Assembly: GCA_038078835.1 (NCBI GenBank)
Contig: JBBTQI010000002.1
Location: 1 to 59,323, forward strand
Reading direction: 5' to 3'
Length of the DNA: 59,323 nt
Source: Patescibacteria group bacterium
GTDB lineage: Bacteria > Patescibacteriota > UBA1384 > XYA2-FULL-43-10 > 1-14-0-10-43-13
In this document: positions 1 to 8,746 of the stretch, in pieces
Layout of the letters: the number at the start of each line of letters is the position of its first letter
Numbering within the stretch: the stretch's first letter is position 1
Notes under the pieces: generated by a model
Told to the model about the DNA's origin: nothing
Seen by the model: the letters and a program-made list of their open reading frames with translations, nothing else
Databases searched by the model: none
Translations under genes and position numbers: made by a program

Positions 1-2
1 CC

Positions 3-1208
3 CTCGATATCGGGACCGAATTCGTCAAGGTTCTTATTTTCCGTATTGAAGATACCAAGGCTCACATCATTGGCGCCGGCCGCCAGCGCCAGCGGCTCTC
101 CGATATGCAGGGCGGCAAGGTAACAGACATCTCCGGCGTAATTGAAAACTGCGAGAAAGCGCTTGAGCAAGCCTACAACCAAGCGCGCGTTCTGCCCAAA
201 CAGTGCGTTATTGGAATTGCCGGCGAGTTGGTCAAGGGCTCTACGGTCAACGTCCACTACAAACGCGATGATCCCAAGGCCAAGATTGATCTCAAAGAGC
301 TTAAATACATTATCGAGCAGGTGCAGGCCAAATCGTTTGAGAAAACCCGCTCCGAACTGGTTTGGGAGACGGGCTATTCGGAGATTGACGTTAAGCTGGT
401 TAACTCTGCCATCGTCGATGTCCGGATAGACGGCTACCGTGTCACTAATCCGCTCGGCTTTCAGGGACGCGATGTCTCGGTGGGCATCTTTAATGCCTTT
501 GCGCCCATTGTCCACTCCGGCGCCCTGCAGACGATCGCCGAAGATCTCGGCTTGGATCTTTTGGCTATTGCCGCCGAGCCGTACGCCGTGGCGCGCTGTG
601 TCGGTCTTGACGACTCAACCGAATTCTCGGCCATCTTTATCGACGTCGGCGGCGGCACAACCGATATCGCCGTGGTCCGGGGCGGGGGACTGGAAGGGAC
701 AAAAATGTTCGCCCTGGGCGGCCGGGTTTTTACCAAATCAATCGCTGACACTTGCGACCTCTCTTTTGTTGAGGCCGAGAAGCTAAAGATCGATTACTCG
801 CTGGGCCAGCTGGACAAGGATTCTTTGGAGCGAAACCGCATTGCCAAGGTGATTGAGGCCGATTGCGAAGTCTGGTTGTCCGGAGTAGAATTGGCCCTGG
901 AGGAGTTTGCCAATGTTGACCTGCTCCCCTCTCGAATTTTGCTTTGCGGCGGCGGCAGTCTCTTGCCGGAGATGCGGGAGCACCTCGCCAAGAAGGGTTG
1001 GGTTAAGAATCTGCCCTTTGCCAAACCGCCCAAAGTCGACTTTATTAAGCCGGAGCAAGTTGCCGCCGTTGTTGACGAGACGGATCAACTGCAAGACGCT
1101 CAGGATGTGACGCCAATGGCTCTGGCCAATGTCGGTATCACGCTGGCCGGCGAGGCCGGAGTTGTTGAAGGGATATTGGATAAAGTTGCGGCGGGTTTAC
1201 GATCATAA
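3..1208 (+). CDS. ftsA: Cell division protein FtsA-like actin-fold ATPase (5' end cut by window edge)
   Basis: The frame is open from nt 3 (LDIGTEFVKVLIF...), upstream of the tabulated Met at 105. Actin/Hsp70-fold motifs FIDVGGGTTDIAVV and LLCGGGSLLP are present. Confidence 0.75.
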   Translation, partial: LDIGTEFVKVLIFRIEDTKAHIIGAGRQRQRLSDMQGGKVTDISGVIENCEKALEQAYNQARVLPKQCVIGIAGELVKGSTVNVHYKRDDPKAKIDLKELKYIIEQVQAKSFEKTRSELVWETGYSEIDVKLVNSAIVDVRIDGYRVTNPLGFQGRDVSVGIFNAFAPIVHSGALQTIAEDLGLDLLAIAAEPYAVARCVGLDDSTEFSAIFIDVGGGTTDIAVVRGGGLEGTKMFALGGRVFTKSIADTCDLSFVEAEKLKIDYSLGQLDKDSLERNRIAKVIEADCEVWLSGVELALEEFANVDLLPSRILLCGGGSLLPEMREHLAKKGWVKNLPFAKPPKVDFIKPEQVAAVVDETDQLQDAQDVTPMALANVGITLAGEAGVVEGILDKVAAGLRS

Positions 1209-1245
1209 ATATTAATAGCGATGCGAATAACGAACTTACCGTGAG

Positions 1246-2949
1246 ATGTCTGACACACTATACTTAGAACCTGATGACGAGATCACGGCGGTCATTGACC
1301 GCCTAAAACTCAGCTCGGCCGGAGCGGTTACTTTGGTGATACCGCGCGGAGGAACCTTGGCTCAAAGCATTATCAACTTAAAGATTCTCAAGCGGAGCGC
1401 TGTGGAGATGGGCAAGAGTATCGCGCTGGTGGCAAACGATCGGATTGTTCGCAATCTCTCCTCGCAACTGGGAATTCCGGTTTTTGATAATGTTAATGAT
1501 GCCGCCCGTGCCGAGCCGGCTTTAGCCACGCGTTCCGTCTCGTCGTTGCGGCCGGAGGAGGGGTCAGCTTCCGGTTTGCGGGTTAAAAGCTATGCCAAGT
1601 ATGGCGGGGAGTCCGCTGATGAAGTGCCGGCCGCCGGGACAGCCCCGGCTTTTCCGCTGACCAGTTCGGGCGAAGAGGAGTCCCGGTCAGAGGATCGTCA
1701 GGTTGGTTTGGTGTCGCCCTCGTCTCGGGCCGTATCGAGACGGTCGGCGGCAGTTTTGACGCACTCTAACTTAGGCGAGAGGAGGTCTATGCCCGGTCGT
1801 CGCGGTTCCCGCAAAATCTTTTTTGTTCTTGCCATACTTATCATTATCTCGGGTGCAGTTTTTTCTGCTCTGCTTCTGCCATACGCTCGGGCCTCGATTG
1901 TTTTAAAAACAGAGGATTATGCCCGGGAGTTTACGGTAGCAGTTGACAGAAGCGCAACGGCGGTCTCGGTGGGAACACTGTCGCTTCCCGGCCAGCTTTT
2001 TGAGATTGAGAGAGAAAAGACAAAACGCTTTGACGCCAGCGGCGCCAAAAATGTCGGCGAAAAAGCCAGGGGCAAGATGACGGTGCTAAATAGTTATGAC
2101 TCCTCTGCTCATCAGTATAAACAGGGTGCGAGATTTACATCTCAAGGCAAGACCTTTTTGGCGGAGAGTGATTTTAGCGTGATGGGAGCAACGATCACTC
2201 TTGTCGGGGGCAAGGTTGATGTTAAGCCGGGTGAGGGGACGGTTAACGTCGTATCGGAAAACGCTGGTGCCGACTATAATCTTGAGTCGACAAACTACGT
2301 GCTGGCGGGAGCCCCCGCGCAGATTTACGGTCGGGGCGACAAGATGGCCGGCGGCGTTACCAGAGAGGTTAAGGTTGTCACCGAAGAGGATCTGACTCGG
2401 GCGGAGGAGGAGACCGAGAAGGAGATTCTGCCGGAAGCCCAAGCCGAGATCAAAGAACGCGCCGCCAAAGACAATTATCTTTTGATTGAGGGCGGCCTGG
2501 TAAGCGAACTTGTTTCCACCAGCCACAGCAAGCAGGCGAATGATGAATCCGACAGTTTTGAGACGACGATGAAGCAGAAGCTCTTTGGTGTCGGTTTCCG
2601 CGAGAGCGACTTGCGCGAACTGCTCTCCGGTGCTATGCAAGAACAGCTCGGTTCCGACAAAATGCTGGTCAATCCGGAAAAGTCGGAGATCGGCTTTGAG
2701 GTCCTGGAGAATAATCGTGATTTGGGGGTGCTAAAGATTAAAACAAAATTTGCCGGCCGTGTCGGGAAAAAACTGAGCGAAAAAGAGATCGGGGCCAAGA
2801 TTCGCAATCAGTCGGCCGACGCCGCCAAGGCGGTTCTGGCGGGAGAGAACGATATTGAGAGTGCCGAGCTTTCTGTCTGGCCGCCCAAATTAAATCGCAC
2901 TCCTTTTCTGCTCAACCGCATTGATGTTGTGTTTGATTACAGTAAGTAA
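1246..2949 (+). CDS. Hypothetical single-pass membrane protein (567 aa)
   Basis: Long ORF with a hydrophobic segment (FFVLAILIIISGAVFSALLL) after a Ser/Arg-rich linker. I recognise no family. Confidence 0.6.
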   Translation: MSDTLYLEPDDEITAVIDRLKLSSAGAVTLVIPRGGTLAQSIINLKILKRSAVEMGKSIALVANDRIVRNLSSQLGIPVFDNVNDAARAEPALATRSVSSLRPEEGSASGLRVKSYAKYGGESADEVPAAGTAPAFPLTSSGEEESRSEDRQVGLVSPSSRAVSRRSAAVLTHSNLGERRSMPGRRGSRKIFFVLAILIIISGAVFSALLLPYARASIVLKTEDYAREFTVAVDRSATAVSVGTLSLPGQLFEIEREKTKRFDASGAKNVGEKARGKMTVLNSYDSSAHQYKQGARFTSQGKTFLAESDFSVMGATITLVGGKVDVKPGEGTVNVVSENAGADYNLESTNYVLAGAPAQIYGRGDKMAGGVTREVKVVTEEDLTRAEEETEKEILPEAQAEIKERAAKDNYLLIEGGLVSELVSTSHSKQANDESDSFETTMKQKLFGVGFRESDLRELLSGAMQEQLGSDKMLVNPEKSEIGFEVLENNRDLGVLKIKTKFAGRVGKKLSEKEIGAKIRNQSADAAKAVLAGENDIESAELSVWPPKLNRTPFLLNRIDVVFDYSK

Positions 2950-2988
2950 GCCTTTCCATATTTTTGACATTTAACTTTTGACTTATTA

Positions 2989-3402
2989 TTGATGTACTTA
3001 GCAATTGATTACGGCAGAAAGAGGGTCGGTTTGGCGCTGGGCGAAGTCCAGCCGCGCGGCTTGGGGACGCTTGATCTTGGCCAGGATCCGGTCGCTTTGA
3101 CGGCAAAGATTGCCGAGATTTGCCGGAAGAACGATGTTTCGGCCATTATCCTGGGTCTGCCCCTCCGCAGCCGGGGCGAAGAGGGGACGCTCGCACCGGA
3201 GATTCGCCGGTTTGCCGAACGGCTGAGTCGAGCAACCGGTTTGCCGGTTCTCTTTGAGGAGGAGCAGTTTACCTCTACCGAGGCGGAGGGGTACCTCAAA
3301 GAACGGGGTGAAAAGTTTGGCAAAGAAAAGATTGATGAGATCGCCGCGGTTCTACTCTTGGAACAATACTTAGCCCACCGGGATAGAGAATCCAACCGAT
3401 GA
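2989..3402 (+). CDS. ruvX: Putative pre-16S rRNA nuclease / Holliday junction resolvase-like YqgF
   Basis: N-terminal LAIDYGRKRVGLALGE motif and typical size. The start may be the ATG at 2992. Confidence 0.85.
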   Translation: MMYLAIDYGRKRVGLALGEVQPRGLGTLDLGQDPVALTAKIAEICRKNDVSAIILGLPLRSRGEEGTLAPEIRRFAERLSRATGLPVLFEEEQFTSTEAEGYLKERGEKFGKEKIDEIAAVLLLEQYLAHRDRESNR

Positions 3403-4397
3403 TTGTGATAGCAAAAAAGATTTTTATCGTTTTGGCCATATTCTTTCTTCTGATTTTGGTGGTCGGAGTGGGGACAATTTTTTATTTTCGCTGGGCGATC
3501 AATAAGCCCTTTGCCAATAATCAGGTCAAAAACATCGTCGAAATTAAGGCGGGCGCAACGACGCGGGAGATCGCGGCTGATCTTTTCGGTCGCGGTCAGA
3601 TCCGCTCCGAATTTCTCTTTCTGGTGTTGGCGCGGCTGGACGGATCATCACTGCAGGCCGGAGTTTATCGTATTAGTCCCAACGCCTCCCTCTTTAATGT
3701 TTACGATCTTATCTCCTCCGGGGAGGCAACCCACACCAAGGTGACGATTCCGGAGGGCTACCGTCTGGAGCAGATCGCCCAAGTCTTAGCAGAGAAGGAG
3801 CTGGTTTCCTACCCGAAGTTTTTAGAGGTAGCCGAGAAGGTGGAGGGCAAGCTTTTCCCCGATACTTATTTTATCCCTCTTGGATCCAAGGACGAGGACA
3901 TCGCCAAGATGATGCAAAACAACTATGACGAGAGAACGAAGGGCTTAGCTGTTGCAGCCGAGGATCTGATTGTGGCCTCTATTGTTGAGCGGGAGGCGGT
4001 CAGGGATGAGGAGAGAGCACTTATTGCCGGAGTTTTTAAGAATCGTCTGGCTAAGGGGATGAAACTGGAGGCTGACCCGACTCTGCAGTACGCTCGTGAT
4101 ATCCAGGACATCACTAAACTCTCGGCGAGCAAAGAGGTTAAATATAAATTTTGGCAGTCTATCACTCTCAAGGAGCATGCCGGTATCGATTCGCCCTACA
4201 ACACCTATCTCTATGCCGGCTTGCCGCCCGGCCCCATCTGCAACCCCGGCTTAGCCAGCATTAAAGCAACTGTTGATTACGACAAGCATGATTATCTCTA
4301 TTTCTTGCACAAAGACGGTGAGATTTACCCCAGTAAAACGGAGGCGGAGCACAATCAGACCAAGGCCCGGGTGCTGGGAGTGAGAACAAAGTCGTAG
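3399..4397 (+). CDS. mltG: Endolytic murein transglycosylase MltG (YceG-like)
   Basis: N-terminal TM segment plus VTIPEGYRLEQIA, ASIVEREA and PYNTYLYAGLPPGPICNPG motifs. Confidence 0.9.
   Translation: MIVIAKKIFIVLAIFFLLILVVGVGTIFYFRWAINKPFANNQVKNIVEIKAGATTREIAADLFGRGQIRSEFLFLVLARLDGSSLQAGVYRISPNASLFNVYDLISSGEATHTKVTIPEGYRLEQIAQVLAEKELVSYPKFLEVAEKVEGKLFPDTYFIPLGSKDEDIAKMMQNNYDERTKGLAVAAEDLIVASIVEREAVRDEERALIAGVFKNRLAKGMKLEADPTLQYARDIQDITKLSASKEVKYKFWQSITLKEHAGIDSPYNTYLYAGLPPGPICNPGLASIKATVDYDKHDYLYFLHKDGEIYPSKTEAEHNQTKARVLGVRTKS
4343..4390 (+). repeat. Direct repeat copy 1 (last 16 codons of mltG)
   Basis: These 48 nt are repeated at 5474..5521 with one mismatch (cac vs cat). Confidence 0.9.
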
Positions 4398-4457
4398 ATC
4401 AGGTCTAAGTCCAAAGGTTTCTGTCAAGACGATATCGATCAGTTATTCATTGCTTGA

Positions 4458-4718
4458 TCAGAGAAGGGCAAGAGAAAACCCCACAACAAGGAGAATCCAA
4501 TAGAAAAAACTTTCAGCGAAACGTTGAAGAAGCCAGAAATAAAGAGAGGCTAAAACAAATGATATTGCAGTGACTGCAAGTAGTGGCAGTGAAAGACCTT
4601 TTGTTGCGAGACCCAGTAGAAAAACCGCACCTGTATAGATTGAGGAACACAGAAATGGTGACTCTGTTACTTGGAGCACCCGAACCAAGCCAAGAATCAA
4701 TAGTAACTGTACAAACAT
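4458..4718 (-). CDS. Small hydrophobic membrane protein (86 aa)
   Basis: Internal Met (MFVQLLLILGL...) is preceded by AGGAGGGGAC on the - strand. The longer tabulated form (to 4871) would overlap the next gene. Confidence 0.5.
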   Translation of the reverse strand: MFVQLLLILGLVRVLQVTESPFLCSSIYTGAVFLLGLATKGLSLPLLAVTAISFVLASLYFWLLQRFAESFFYWILLVVGFSLALL

Positions 4719-4787
4719 AAGTCCCCTCCTGATTAAGTATTTATCAATGAATATTGTAGCACATATTAGATCGAAGAGGAGAAAAAC

Positions 4788-5441
4788 ATGCCAACTGATG
4801 ATTATACTATAAGCCAAAGTGATATTGATCTCGAGGGTTCTGGTGCAAGTCAAACAAACGAGTTGGGACAAAATCCCACTCGAAAAAAGATACTGGGTAT
4901 ACCCAAGGTGTTGATAGCATCTTTACTGCTAATCGTACTAATTGTTATTGCTGTTACTTTGTTGAGAGATGAGTTCGGTTCAAGTGCTGTGCCGGCAGAT
5001 TGGGAAACATATAGTTCTATTGAGGGTGCCCCCCAATATAGTCTACGTTACCCATCCGGCTCGGAGCTACAATCACCCAAAGGTAATGCTGTTATTAATA
5101 TTGGGGAGGAAAAATTAATTGTCTCAAGAAGGGCTTCAACATCTGGTTTTACCGGCCTAACAGACAGGGACAAGATTGCAACAGAAAATAATATTATCTT
5201 GAGTTCTCGTGAATATCAGATTGGCAAATATCCGGCCCGGCAGATAGAATATATCATTAACACACCAGCGGTTGGTCAGGGAGAGCAACAATATGTTCTT
5301 AACACAGAGATATTTACCGGCAGCTCATTATTCTGGTGTGATTTGACTGTGCCTCATTCACAAAACAGAGATGAGGCTTATTTGGATAATGCCAAACAAG
5401 TTTATAATAAAATAATTGATTCTATTAGAACCGGATCCTGA
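4788..5441 (+). CDS. Hypothetical N-terminally anchored protein (217 aa)
   Basis: GAGGAG lies upstream of the ATG and there is a TM segment (VLIASLLLIVLIVIAVTLL). No recognisable family. Confidence 0.55.
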   Translation: MPTDDYTISQSDIDLEGSGASQTNELGQNPTRKKILGIPKVLIASLLLIVLIVIAVTLLRDEFGSSAVPADWETYSSIEGAPQYSLRYPSGSELQSPKGNAVINIGEEKLIVSRRASTSGFTGLTDRDKIATENNIILSSREYQIGKYPARQIEYIINTPAVGQGEQQYVLNTEIFTGSSLFWCDLTVPHSQNRDEAYLDNAKQVYNKIIDSIRTGS

Positions 5442-5473
5442 TAGTTGGCTTGGGTAAAATTAGATAAAATAAA

Positions 5474-5521
5474 GGCGGAGCATAATCAGACCAAGGCCCG
5501 GGTGCTGGGAGTGAGAACAAA
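5474..5521 (+). repeat. Direct repeat copy 2 (displaced mltG 3' end, reads ..KAEHNQTKARVLGVRTK*)
   Basis: Matches 4343..4390 at 47 of 48 nt and still ends in a stop codon in the same frame. Confidence 0.9.
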
Positions 5522-5589
5522 ATAAAAGGTATTAACCCCAGGACAAGTCTTCGACTGTGCTCAGACCATGAGTGGTAGTCGAATGGCTC

Positions 5590-5662
5590 CGCGGTATTGT
5601 ACCAGCCATACCTTTTGTTACGCCTTGTCGCCTCTTCGAGGCATTATCATATCTTGTAATAA
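5590..5662 (+). repeat. Conserved ~72-nt structured element, copy A
   Basis: About 85% identical by eye to 16645..16716. Contains hairpins GGTAT/ATACC and GCCTC-TTC-GAGGC (5630..5642). Confidence 0.7.
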
Positions 5663-5697
5663 GAGTTAAAGCGCGGTTATTAATTGAGAGGAGGAAG

Positions 5698-6069
5698 ATG
5701 GGTCTCAGAGATATGCTTAAGGAGACAATTGAGGGTACGGGCGAGGTGGCCGGATCCCTGATCAGTACGGTCACGGGCTTGGTGAAGGACGGGGCAGAGG
5801 ATCTTGGCGAGGTTTTTGGCGCTGTTATTGATCTGGGCAAGGAGGGGGTAATTGATGTTACCGAGGGCGTCAAGGATGTCTATGTTGGAGCGGTTAACGC
5901 TCTGGTAGAGTCGGGCAAGACAACCGAGGAAGCGGTTGGCGAGGTCACAGCCAAGGCTGAGGCGGCGGTCGGAAAAGTTGCAGAGTCCGGTCTGCAGTCG
6001 GTTTCCGATGCGGCCAAGAAGGGTATCGGCGAGGCCAAAGAGATCGTCAAAAAGCCCTTTGAAAAGTAA
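5698..6069 (+). CDS. Hypothetical small Gly/Val/Glu/Ala-rich protein (123 aa)
   Basis: GAGAGGAGG RBS precedes the ATG at 5698. The tabulated N-terminal extension (from 5572) runs through the conserved repeat. Confidence 0.5.
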   Translation: MGLRDMLKETIEGTGEVAGSLISTVTGLVKDGAEDLGEVFGAVIDLGKEGVIDVTEGVKDVYVGAVNALVESGKTTEEAVGEVTAKAEAAVGKVAESGLQSVSDAAKKGIGEAKEIVKKPFEK

Positions 6070-6075
6070 ATTTAA

Positions 6076-6107
6076 TTAAAAATCCCGCCCCGAATTACCG
6101 GGGCGGG
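6076..6107 (-). terminator. Rho-independent terminator oriented for the - strand
   Basis: Perfect 9-bp GC stem CCCGCCCCG (6084..6092) / CGGGGCGGG (6099..6107). The run of A before it on + is a U-run after it on -. No T-run follows on +. Confidence 0.45.
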
Positions 6108-6289
6108 AGGACGAGGCCGGCTGATTAGCCAGCCTTTTGGGTGGTCGAGCGGCGCAGGCTCATCGCCCGGCCCCGGATGGCCGAGTCTTCGTGCTCTTGG
6201 CTTAAGCATCGTATTGTTGACCATTTGGCTTCTTTGCTCTAAATTGAGAGGAGGCAATCGCCAACCTCTTTTGATGTAGGAGAAATGTT

Positions 6290-7354
6290 ATGCGCAGTCG
6301 AATCGGTTCATTTATCGGCAAGGTTTTGAGCAAGGTCTCACAAGATATCGGTATCGATCTGGGGACGGCGAACACTCTGGTTTATGTTCGCGGTCAAGGC
6401 GTTGTCATTCGCGAGCCCTCGGTTGTCGCCCTAAATAAACGAACCAAGGAGATTCTGGCGATCGGCGCGGAGGCGAAACGGATGGTTGGCCGGACACCCT
6501 CCCACATTGTCGCCGTCCGGCCGCTGGTTGACGGCGTTATCTCCGATTTTGAAATTACCGAGCAGATGCTGCGCTATTTTTTTGATCGGGTGCATCGTGA
6601 GCGCTTCAGCCTTCTGCCCCGTCCCCGCGTTGTGATCGGCATTCCTCACAGCGTAACTGAGGTGGAGAGGCGGGCGGTGGAGGAGGGCGCAATCAATGCC
6701 GGTGCGCGCGAGGTTTATCTGATCGAGGAGCCGATCGCCGCCGCTATCGGCGCTCGCCTACCGATTCAGGATGCCTCAGGCAGTATGATCATTGATATCG
6801 GCGGCGGCACAACCGAGGTGGCGGTGATTGCGTTGGGCGGAGTTGTCGCCTCTCGATCGCTCCGGATTGCCGGCGACGAGATGAATGAGGATATTGTCCA
6901 GTATGCCCGAAACGAATTCAATCTGCTTATCGGCGACCGGACAGCCGAGGAGACAAAGATTGAAATCGGCTCAGCCGTACCGATGCGTGATAAGCTTGAG
7001 GCGCCGATCCGGGGGCGCGATCTGGTTACCGGTCTGCCCAAGGAGATTATCATTAATGACGGGCAGGTTAGAGCGGCCCTGGAGAAATCAATTAATGCCA
7101 TTCTCGAGAGTATTCGCACGACGATGGAGGAGACGCCGCCGGAACTTCTGGCCGATATTATGGAGAAGGGTATTATTCTGGCCGGCGGCGGCGCGCTTTT
7201 GCGCGGACTGGATCATCGCATCAGCCAGGAAACGTTAACGGCGGTTCATATTGCCGATGATCCGCTGACCTCGGTGGTTCGCGGCACCGGCATCGTTTTG
7301 GAAGACCTTGACCTGTTGGCCGATGTTCTCCTGCCAAAGGAGTTTAGCCACTGA
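6290..7354 (+). CDS. mreB: Rod shape-determining protein MreB
   Basis: GIDLGTANTLVY, IIDIGGGTTEVAV and ILAGGGALLRGLD motifs. Confidence 0.95.
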   Translation: MRSRIGSFIGKVLSKVSQDIGIDLGTANTLVYVRGQGVVIREPSVVALNKRTKEILAIGAEAKRMVGRTPSHIVAVRPLVDGVISDFEITEQMLRYFFDRVHRERFSLLPRPRVVIGIPHSVTEVERRAVEEGAINAGAREVYLIEEPIAAAIGARLPIQDASGSMIIDIGGGTTEVAVIALGGVVASRSLRIAGDEMNEDIVQYARNEFNLLIGDRTAEETKIEIGSAVPMRDKLEAPIRGRDLVTGLPKEIIINDGQVRAALEKSINAILESIRTTMEETPPELLADIMEKGIILAGGGALLRGLDHRISQETLTAVHIADDPLTSVVRGTGIVLEDLDLLADVLLPKEFSH

Positions 7355-7378
7355 GCCGGAATTAATTTTTCTTCCCTA

Positions 7379-8170
7379 ATGAAAACCGTCTTCCCTAAAA
7401 GCAATATCGTCTCCTTTGTTCTCTTAACCGTTATTATTGTGGCGATCCTGCTCACGCCGGCCGGCTCTGTTATAAGAAGATTTGCCTGGCGTATCGGCGG
7501 CGAGCCAATCACTCTTTTTAGCGCCTGGGGCAAGAAGATTAATGACTTCGGCCGTGCTTTTAGCCAGATCGGTTCATTGCGGCAGGAGAACCGAAAACTG
7601 CAGGAACAACTCCAATCGCTGGAAGTTGACCGCGCTAAAATATCCGAGCTGGAATACGAAAATATGCTTTTAAAACGAGAGCTGGGTTTTATTGAGAGTG
7701 ATCGAAGCCGGGAGCTGATTCCCGCCCGGATTATCGCCAGGGAGCCCTCCTCTTTTTTGGATTATATTATAATTGATCGCGGAGAGGAGAGCGGGGCTCG
7801 GGTTAATCTACCCGTTATTTCGGAGGGAGTTCTGGTCGGCCAAATTAGCGAGGTGTATGATAGTCAGGCCAAGGTGATTTTAGTTACCAGCAAAGACTCC
7901 TATATTCAGGCGATGCTTCAGGACAGCCGCTCCAAGGGGATATTGCGCGGCGGTATCTCCGGCTTAACCCTAGAGAAGGTGACCCAAGACACGGAGGTGG
8001 TGCCCGGTGAGAATGTCATCACTTCGGGTCTGGGCGGAGAGTTGCCCCCGGGAATATTAATCGGTCACGCTCAAAGAGCACTTACTCCGGAGTCGGAGAT
8101 CCTAAAGAGCATTGTAGTTGAGCCGATTGCTGATTTATCCCGCCTAGAGATTGTTTTTATTATGAAGTGA
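7379..8170 (+). CDS. mreC: Rod shape-determining protein MreC
   Basis: TM segment, a coiled coil (LRQENRKLQEQLQSLE) and a C-terminal beta domain (VITSGLGGELPPGILIG). Sits directly after mreB. Confidence 0.85.
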   Translation: MKTVFPKSNIVSFVLLTVIIVAILLTPAGSVIRRFAWRIGGEPITLFSAWGKKINDFGRAFSQIGSLRQENRKLQEQLQSLEVDRAKISELEYENMLLKRELGFIESDRSRELIPARIIAREPSSFLDYIIIDRGEESGARVNLPVISEGVLVGQISEVYDSQAKVILVTSKDSYIQAMLQDSRSKGILRGGISGLTLEKVTQDTEVVPGENVITSGLGGELPPGILIGHAQRALTPESEILKSIVVEPIADLSRLEIVFIMK

Positions 8171-8171
8171 G

Positions 8172-8678
8172 GTGGATGTGTTGGTCAATTATACGAGAGG
8201 ATTTTTTGCCGTTATGGCGACTCTTGCTCTGGTGCTGCTGGACACCTCCCTCTTTAGTTTTATTCGGATTTACGACAGTACTATTATCTCGTCCTTTATT
8301 ATCCTGATCGTTTTTGCTCTTCTCGGGCACTCTTTTTACTTAAAAATAATGATACCGGCGGCCATTATCGCTCTGGCGGCGCTCTCTTCTCTGCCGCTTT
8401 GGGTTATTGCCTTTGCCTTTTTTCTTTTGCCCGGAATCGTTTTATTTTTGCGCCAGACCTATGTGCCCGAACCGACCGTCATTGTCACAATAACGGCGCT
8501 TTTACTGACGACATTTCTTTTCCAGTCGGCACTTTTGGTGTCTGACTTGCGCTTTGTCGCCGGTGCCGGTCTGACGACGGCTTACTTTATTTTTCTCAAC
8601 ACCGTCGTCGGTACGGTTGTTTTTGCTGCAAATCAGCGCCTCCGGCAGAAATGGATGAGAGGGGAGATTAAGTTGTAA
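8172..8678 (+). CDS. mreD: Polytopic membrane protein in the MreD position
   Basis: Multi-TM ORF immediately after mreC and before pbp2. The call is based on position. Confidence 0.55.
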   Translation: MDVLVNYTRGFFAVMATLALVLLDTSLFSFIRIYDSTIISSFIILIVFALLGHSFYLKIMIPAAIIALAALSSLPLWVIAFAFFLLPGIVLFLRQTYVPEPTVIVTITALLLTTFLFQSALLVSDLRFVAGAGLTTAYFIFLNTVVGTVVFAANQRLRQKWMRGEIKL

Positions 8679-8746
8679 CTCCCCTATGAAATTACAAATT
8701 CATCGAAACTGCAAATAATTTGTAAGATTTGTAAGTTTGTAGGAGA
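8679..8746. repeat. TACAAAT/ATTTGTA word spacer (family shared with 52117..52213)
   Basis: aaattacaaattcatcgaaactgcaaataatttgtaagatttgtaagtttgtaggaga aligns with the proS upstream spacer. Confidence 0.7.

Larger units (their letters stand above)
4398..5473. other. AT-rich two-gene islet inserted at the 3' end of mltG
   Basis: Bounded by the 48-bp direct repeat. It is visibly lower in GC than mltG and carries two orphan ORFs. Confidence 0.55.

Noticed and set aside
4719-4871. Long form of the small membrane protein (start at 4871)
   Set aside because: It would overlap the start of the divergent 217-aa gene. An internal Met with a strong AGGAGG RBS is much more plausible.
6160-6215. tRNA-like D-arm string GGATGGCCGAGTC
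   Set aside because: No acceptor stem, anticodon arm or T-loop (GTTCGAATC-type) can be built around it.
6072-6257. 61-aa ORF on the - strand
   Set aside because: Pro/Arg/Gly-rich with no RBS, and it runs through a terminator hairpin. It is treated as non-coding and discussed as a possible sRNA instead.
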